A stretch of DNA of 27,488 nucleotides from a virus (taxonomy: Duplodnaviria; Caudoviricetes): the IMG/VR virus record IMGVR_UViG_3300008267_000274, positions 1 through 27,488 of that record. One strand, written 5' to 3'. The notes beneath the pieces are model-generated. The model did not search any database and was not told where the DNA came from. It worked only from the letters and a program-made list of their open reading frames with translations. Within the stretch, counting starts at the first letter, position 1; each line of letters starts with the position of its first letter. Below, one piece after another: positions 25,495 through 27,488 of this stretch. Both the position numbers and the translations under genes were made by a program.

Positions 25495-25543
25495 ATTCCT
25501 GTGAGCTGTTAATAAATCGCAAGCGTAAACAGTTCACAGGAAT
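25495..25543. repeat. 16-bp inverted repeat directly after the RNase H stop
   Basis: attcctgtgagctgtt (25495-25510) pairs 15/16 with aacagttcacaggaat (25528-25543). Confidence 0.85.
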
Positions 25544-25944
25544 TATAAATTCTGGGCTTTTTGTCTAGCCATAAAATCAACTGCTTCGTTGAACATATTG
25601 CCATTATGAGCTTTTACCCACTTAAACTCAATATCAACGAAACATTTCTTATCTCTTACTTGCGAGATTAAGTCCTGATTCGTTAAAAAAAACTTCTTAT
25701 CTCCGCATACAGTAGTAATTACATATTGAGAGTCCGTGAATAATGTAGTTTTCTCACGGTTATATCCCAACTCCATCATTTTATCTATTGCTTTTAGGCA
25801 AGCGGTTAATTCCATGCGATTGTTTGTGGTCGGTTTACTAGTTCTACCAGAATAACTAATAATCTTGTCTTCACCGACAACGATTATATACGCCCACCCA
25901 CCTTTACCATTAATACATGAGCCGTCAGTGTAAATATTAACCAT
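25543..25944 (-). CDS. rnhA: Ribonuclease HI
   Basis: All catalytic motifs present: IYTDGS, TNNRMEL, TDSQY, WVKAH and NEAVD. ATG 25944 overlaps the terS stop (ATGGTTAA). Confidence 0.95.
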   Translation of the reverse strand: MVNIYTDGSCINGKGGWAYIIVVGEDKIISYSGRTSKPTTNNRMELTACLKAIDKMMELGYNREKTTLFTDSQYVITTVCGDKKFFLTNQDLISQVRDKKCFVDIEFKWVKAHNGNMFNEAVDFMARQKAQNL

Positions 25945-26662
25945 GCGTTTTATCAAATTCATTATTAATTATATCATCGAGGGTATTCTGAGCAGTCTCG
26001 ATAATTTTCTTTAAAGTGTGCTTATCCTCAATCTGAGAAATCATGTGTTCAATAACCATCTTAATCTCTTGAGGACTATGACTATTAGGATTGATGTTAT
26101 TAATCTGAGTATTATGAACAGTTTTAGCACTTTCCCCAAACCTCTCAGGGTTTTTCATCTTAGCTACAGTGGCTAGAGACTTGACTATTGAGTTTAACCC
26201 AACTGCGTCTATATGAAGAGCTGACTTTCCGTCTATGTAATCCTTGGTTAAACTTTCAATCTCATCAGCTAGGAATATGGAACTATCTTTACAGGCACTG
26301 ATATATTCATTACCGAAGATTGGATCAGAAGCAACCATCTCTTTTATTTGTGGAAGATTTGGCATATCTGTTAATAAGGCAATCTTGTCTAGGGTTAAAC
26401 CTTGTCTAGTTAGGTCTATAATCCTAGCCTTAGTTGTTATACTGATTTCCATTAACTTGTCTAACTCATCTTCCTCTTTTAACCCAAGCGAGCCATAAAG
26501 AATCTTGAAGCGTTGAAGAATATATTCTTTCGCCGCCAACCTAGATAATTCATTCTTATATTTCTGACTATAAGAAACATCATAGATTACGCCACTAATT
26601 GGAGGTAAATCTCTGCCACGAGTATAATGTGTATTTCTATCAATAGTGTTGTTTTCTGTCAT
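25937..26662 (-). CDS. terS: Putative terminase small subunit (Sf6/P22-like HTH plus helical oligomerisation region)
   Basis: QGLTLDKIA..DMP...DPIFGNEYISA...LADEI...AKMKNPERFGE matches the GxSLxxIC..MP..FxxxYxxA..LADEI..SKLxPKKYG pattern. Confidence 0.72.
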   Translation of the reverse strand: MTENNTIDRNTHYTRGRDLPPISGVIYDVSYSQKYKNELSRLAAKEYILQRFKILYGSLGLKEEDELDKLMEISITTKARIIDLTRQGLTLDKIALLTDMPNLPQIKEMVASDPIFGNEYISACKDSSIFLADEIESLTKDYIDGKSALHIDAVGLNSIVKSLATVAKMKNPERFGESAKTVHNTQINNINPNSHSPQEIKMVIEHMISQIEDKHTLKKIIETAQNTLDDIINNEFDKTHG

Positions 26663-26688
26663 AAAAGTAAATGTTAGATTAGGACAGT

Positions 26689-26718
26689 AAATTACCCCCT
26701 AAAGATAATAAAGTCAAT
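26689..26718 (-). promoter_or_regulatory. Possible terS promoter, TTGACT-N18-TAATTT
   Basis: About 27 nt upstream of the terS ATG. Spacer is non-optimal. Confidence 0.3.
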
Positions 26719-27191
26719 ATAAAAGAAAAAAAAATAAATTAATGACTTAGAATAACTTAGGATTTAAACCCAAGACCCTTGATGAGGCTTAGAGACAAAA
26801 CCCCCCATAAAAAAGAAAAAATAACACTTGCAAAAATAAAACACTTGACAATAATAGACCCTATCTACCATCTTGTTTAAAAATTAGCGCTAGCTGGTTT
26901 TTATACAAGCTTGTCAGCATATTATGCAGGAACATGGCTGACTATAATCCCCTTATTAGGTTCATAGAACAACTGAGAAATATTAAAAAGCCTCAGATTA
27001 TATCTTAGTCCCAACAAAATAAAAAAAAAAAATACAAAGTAGAGTTAATTGATTAGGTAAAAATGAAATTTAGCTTTTTGCTATAGAGAAACTCAGAATT
27101 GAGATTTGAGTGATTGAGACTCAGCCATATAGAAAATAGCCCCCATGTTCATGATGATGGACTCTAGACCTTAATTACATACATAATGAAC

Positions 27192-27488
27192 TATAAGTGA
27201 GATTGTGATGAGTAATGTGGTAAAAGAGAGTATGTTGATTAGATGTAAATGAGTTTTTATTGTGTGAGATGTGTGGGTGGGCTATTCTATCCAGAAGGCA
27301 CCCCCCCTTTTTTATTTCTCAACTTACCCCCTCCCCCCTTGCACTTATTCCACAAACAAAAACAACAAACATTTTTTAAACAAACTCAAACAACAAAACC
27401 AACTTCAATTTTATAAAACCATTAACAACAAAATCAAAACCAATCCAACAAATTAAATTAAATTAAAATAAAAAAAAATAAATAATAT
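27192..27488. other. Non-coding strand-skew switch, candidate packaging start site or replication origin
   Basis: No C on the + strand in 27192-27281, then only one G in 27299-27488. G-runs and C-runs meet near 27275-27340. Confidence 0.5.

Larger units (their letters stand above)
1..27488. mobile_element. Phage/prophage morphogenesis region: HK97-type head and neck with Mu-like contractile tail
   Basis: Terminase, portal, protease, capsid, neck, sheath, tube, tape measure, baseplate and fibre genes in largely canonical order. No host housekeeping genes or att/integrase seen, so free phage versus prophage cannot be decided. Confidence 0.96.

Noticed and set aside
25390-25545. Open stretch of about 47 codons in frame with RNase H, suggesting stop read-through
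   Set aside because: Needs bypass of two stops (TAA then TGA) and has no ATG. RNase H is complete without it.
13711-26498. ORFs 13711(-), 15097, 15266, 17238, 17868, 18482, 20315, 21381(-), 21857, 22329(-) and 26244
   Set aside because: Overlap recognised genes on the opposite strand or in another frame, with no independent support.
27346-27354. DnaA-box-like TATTCCACA
   Set aside because: A single imperfect match in biased sequence.
27271-27456. 61-aa plus-strand ORF
   Set aside because: Low-complexity Asn/Lys/Gln/Pro product of the G-free tract, probably non-coding.
1-27488. Alternative genetic code
   Set aside because: Conserved genes are full length in the standard bacterial code, and TAA, TAG and TGA all act as stops.

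Overview
AT-rich window holding the nearly complete morphogenesis region of a tailed phage or prophage with a contractile tail, mostly on the minus strand. Read right to left: putative terminase small subunit, RNase HI, small ORFs, HK97-type portal, prohead protease, major capsid, putative decoration protein, HK97-like neck proteins, then a Mu-like tail (terminator, sheath, tube, chaperone with a -1 frameshift site, tape measure, gpN, hub, spike, gp46, J, gp48, fibre, fibre-associated protein, DUF1353). Three plus-strand islands interrupt it: the terminase large subunit (displaced between neck and tail genes), an ORF plus C5 and amino (N6A/N4C) methyltransferases, and one small ORF. The first two islands start with an identical 23-nt element at a fixed distance from a divergent TTGACA promoter. 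Other notable signals: nested beta-domain insertions in the tail terminator, apparent GTAC/GATC avoidance, and a sharp G/C strand-skew switch upstream of terS. No integrase, clear lysis gene, RNA gene or CRISPR array was seen. All family calls come from motif recognition and synteny, not database searches.
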